Under the pieces are notes generated by a model. The model saw only the letters and a list, made by a program, of their open reading frames with translations, was not told the origin of the DNA and did not search any database. From Candidatus Auribacterota bacterium (lineage in GTDB: Bacteria; Auribacterota; UBA6266): a DNA stretch of 9,258 nt. Position 1 is the first letter of the stretch, and each line of letters starts with the position of its first letter. The stretch spans positions 1 through 9,258 of the forward strand of contig JAGLRQ010000155.1 of assembly GCA_023136205.1 (NCBI GenBank). The letters are read 5' to 3'. A program made the position numbers and the translations under genes. Positions 7,638 through 9,258 of the stretch are shown here, one piece after another.

Positions 7638-7687
7638 AACCCACCCATTATAGCTTGGCTGTCAACTTTACAATGCCTTCTAACAAC

Positions 7688-8644
7688 TTACTTTCTCTCG
7701 TGTCTAAAAAACCCTGAACAGGCAATAACCTGAAATTTACTTTTCTTCTGAAGCGAATCCAATAACAGGTTCAACCCTATATTGTCGCTTGAGATGTGAC
7801 CTGCTACAACCATATTTATATTATGCTTTTCTGCTTCTTTTACATGATCTTCGCTGAAATGCATACCCACCAGCGTTCCAACACCCGCCTGTTGAAGTTT
7901 TTCTATAATTTCTCTGGAGCCTTCTGTTCCGCCTGTCATATCAACAAAAACCCTTCCCGCTCTTTTCTTAGGGTTCCCCACATAAATCTTGGGGCCGGCA
8001 TTATTCTGTTCCGCCTGCCTGTACTCCGGAATATTTTTAAGGATGCTTAACACACCCTTTAAAGTTTCCGGTTTCTTTTTGTCAAATAGATTCTGCAGAT
8101 ACCAGACAACATGATTATCAGCCGGTGTATGGACACACATAAAAGGAATCTCAAGAAGCCTCGCGGCATCAACCGCACGCATATGATTTGAAGGATGCAC
8201 TCTTCTTTCCACTTGTTTTATCCTTTTTTCCATGAGAGCTTCTGCCACATTTATGGGCACACCCATAATGTTGGTAATATCCGATTGCATCATCATTACA
8301 TTATGAAGATTGGCAAGAGCCTTTCCACTGGGATGATGGGACATCAGCAAATCTATTCTCTGGCCCTTTTCTTTTAACTTATCCGCAAGGAGAACCTCAC
8401 CCACATCAACATCAATGCCAAGCATTACAACTTTCACTTCTTTTGAAGTATCTCCGAAAAGAAGCCTTGTGTCAGCATAGGGGTTAAAAAATCTTTCGGA
8501 ATCAAAACTCTTTTTCTCTTCGGAAGATAATTCATTGTAATCAGACTTGAGCCTGTTAATCTCTCCGCTTACACCTTTAATCCCCCTCGGATCTTTTTTC
8601 TTCCCCTCTGCTATCGCCATATCATAAATATCTTTAATTTTCAT
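7688..8644 (-). CDS. NIF3/DUF34-family (COG0327) dinuclear-metal-centre protein, variant with an N-terminal insertion
   Basis: NIF3-like metal-ligand motifs appear in order: LLMSHHPSG, CVHTPADN, GMHFSEDH and AGHISSDN. The start is either ATG 8642-8644 (preferred, MKIKDIYD) or GTG 8645-8647, with GGAGGAG upstream. It overlaps the cvpA 3' end by 11-14 nt. The family assignment is by motif only. Confidence 0.7.
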   Translation of the reverse strand: MKIKDIYDMAIAEGKKKDPRGIKGVSGEINRLKSDYNELSSEEKKSFDSERFFNPYADTRLLFGDTSKEVKVVMLGIDVDVGEVLLADKLKEKGQRIDLLMSHHPSGKALANLHNVMMMQSDITNIMGVPINVAEALMEKRIKQVERRVHPSNHMRAVDAARLLEIPFMCVHTPADNHVVWYLQNLFDKKKPETLKGVLSILKNIPEYRQAEQNNAGPKIYVGNPKKRAGRVFVDMTGGTEGSREIIEKLQQAGVGTLVGMHFSEDHVKEAEKHNINMVVAGHISSDNIGLNLLLDSLQKKSKFQVIACSGFFRHERK

Positions 8645-9248
8645 CACGAATCATCTCCTCCTCTCCTTCAAAAAAAACACCGGTTTCAGAACATTTCTCT
8701 TTCAAATTAGATAAAAATTTTTTCTCTGAAAAATCCTGGGATTTTGGATATACTCTTACACAAAGGCTGCAAACGCCTGGAAGCATTCTGAAAATTGACT
8801 TTGCAAGCACGGATTTTCTACCGCTATCAACAAATGTATGGGGAAGTCCTGTTACCACGTAAACTATGCCAAAAGAAAAAAGTATCATACCTATAACAAC
8901 AACTCTGCGCAAACCCCCTAAGAAAGCTCCCCCTGCACGTTCAAAAATCGAAACAAACCTCACATTAACAATATTATGAACCACTCCCTGCAAGAATATA
9001 CTTATACATATAATCCCGGCGGCTATGCCCGCAAACGCCAAAAAGCCTGAGACAGGATAAGTCACCGGTAAAACATTTTCCATTTTTAAAGCCAATACCC
9101 TGTAAAAATGAAAGGAAAGGGCCGCCGCGGCAACAAAACCAATGATAGCAATAATCTCCCCGGAAAAGCCTTTTTTAAGCCCCCTCACTATTCCATGAAG
9201 AATTAAAACCATTAATATGTAGTCAACCCAGTTAAATAACATAAACAT
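8634..9248 (-). CDS. cvpA: CvpA-family (colicin V production) integral membrane protein
   Basis: 204 aa. The N-terminus NWVDYILMVLILHGIVRGLKKGFSGEIIAIIGFVAAAAL matches the usual CvpA opening (D.i....l.....G...G......l.g). Four hydrophobic helices are followed by a hydrophilic acidic tail. Confidence 0.8.
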   Translation of the reverse strand: MFMLFNWVDYILMVLILHGIVRGLKKGFSGEIIAIIGFVAAAALSFHFYRVLALKMENVLPVTYPVSGFLAFAGIAAGIICISIFLQGVVHNIVNVRFVSIFERAGGAFLGGLRRVVVIGMILFSFGIVYVVTGLPHTFVDSGRKSVLAKSIFRMLPGVCSLCVRVYPKSQDFSEKKFLSNLKEKCSETGVFFEGEEEMIRDEN

Positions 9249-9258
9249 TTCAAGAAAA

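Overview
This is a compact housekeeping region of an AT-rich bacterium, and every supportable gene is on the minus strand. I found no transposase, integrase, CRISPR array, toxin/antitoxin or defence-like gene, so I cannot honestly name a novel system here. In transcription order (right to left) the window holds: a CvpA-family membrane protein, a NIF3/DUF34-family protein, DnaG primase, the RpoD sigma-70 factor and a tRNA(CAU) with its own consensus-like promoter. These are followed by a COG1579/DUF164 coiled-coil zinc-ribbon protein and a type-A RNase P RNA (rnpB) hidden under a spurious 150-aa plus-strand ORF. Last comes the head of the dcw cluster: mraZ, rsmH, ftsL and the 5' part of an ftsI-type PBP, which runs off the left edge and is missing from the ORF track. 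All plus-strand ORFs in the track look like antisense shadows. The unexplained signal is all non-coding. It includes a ~145-nt structured trailer behind the tRNA with mutually exclusive perfect pairings, and a heptamer-repeat/inverted-repeat element between mraZ and an rsmH that lacks a Shine-Dalgarno. It also includes a 16-nt direct repeat between rnpB and the mraZ promoter, a textbook triple MraZ operator, and an extended P12 arm in RNase P RNA. Everything was read by eye: RNA ends, promoters and folds are approximate, and no database search was run.
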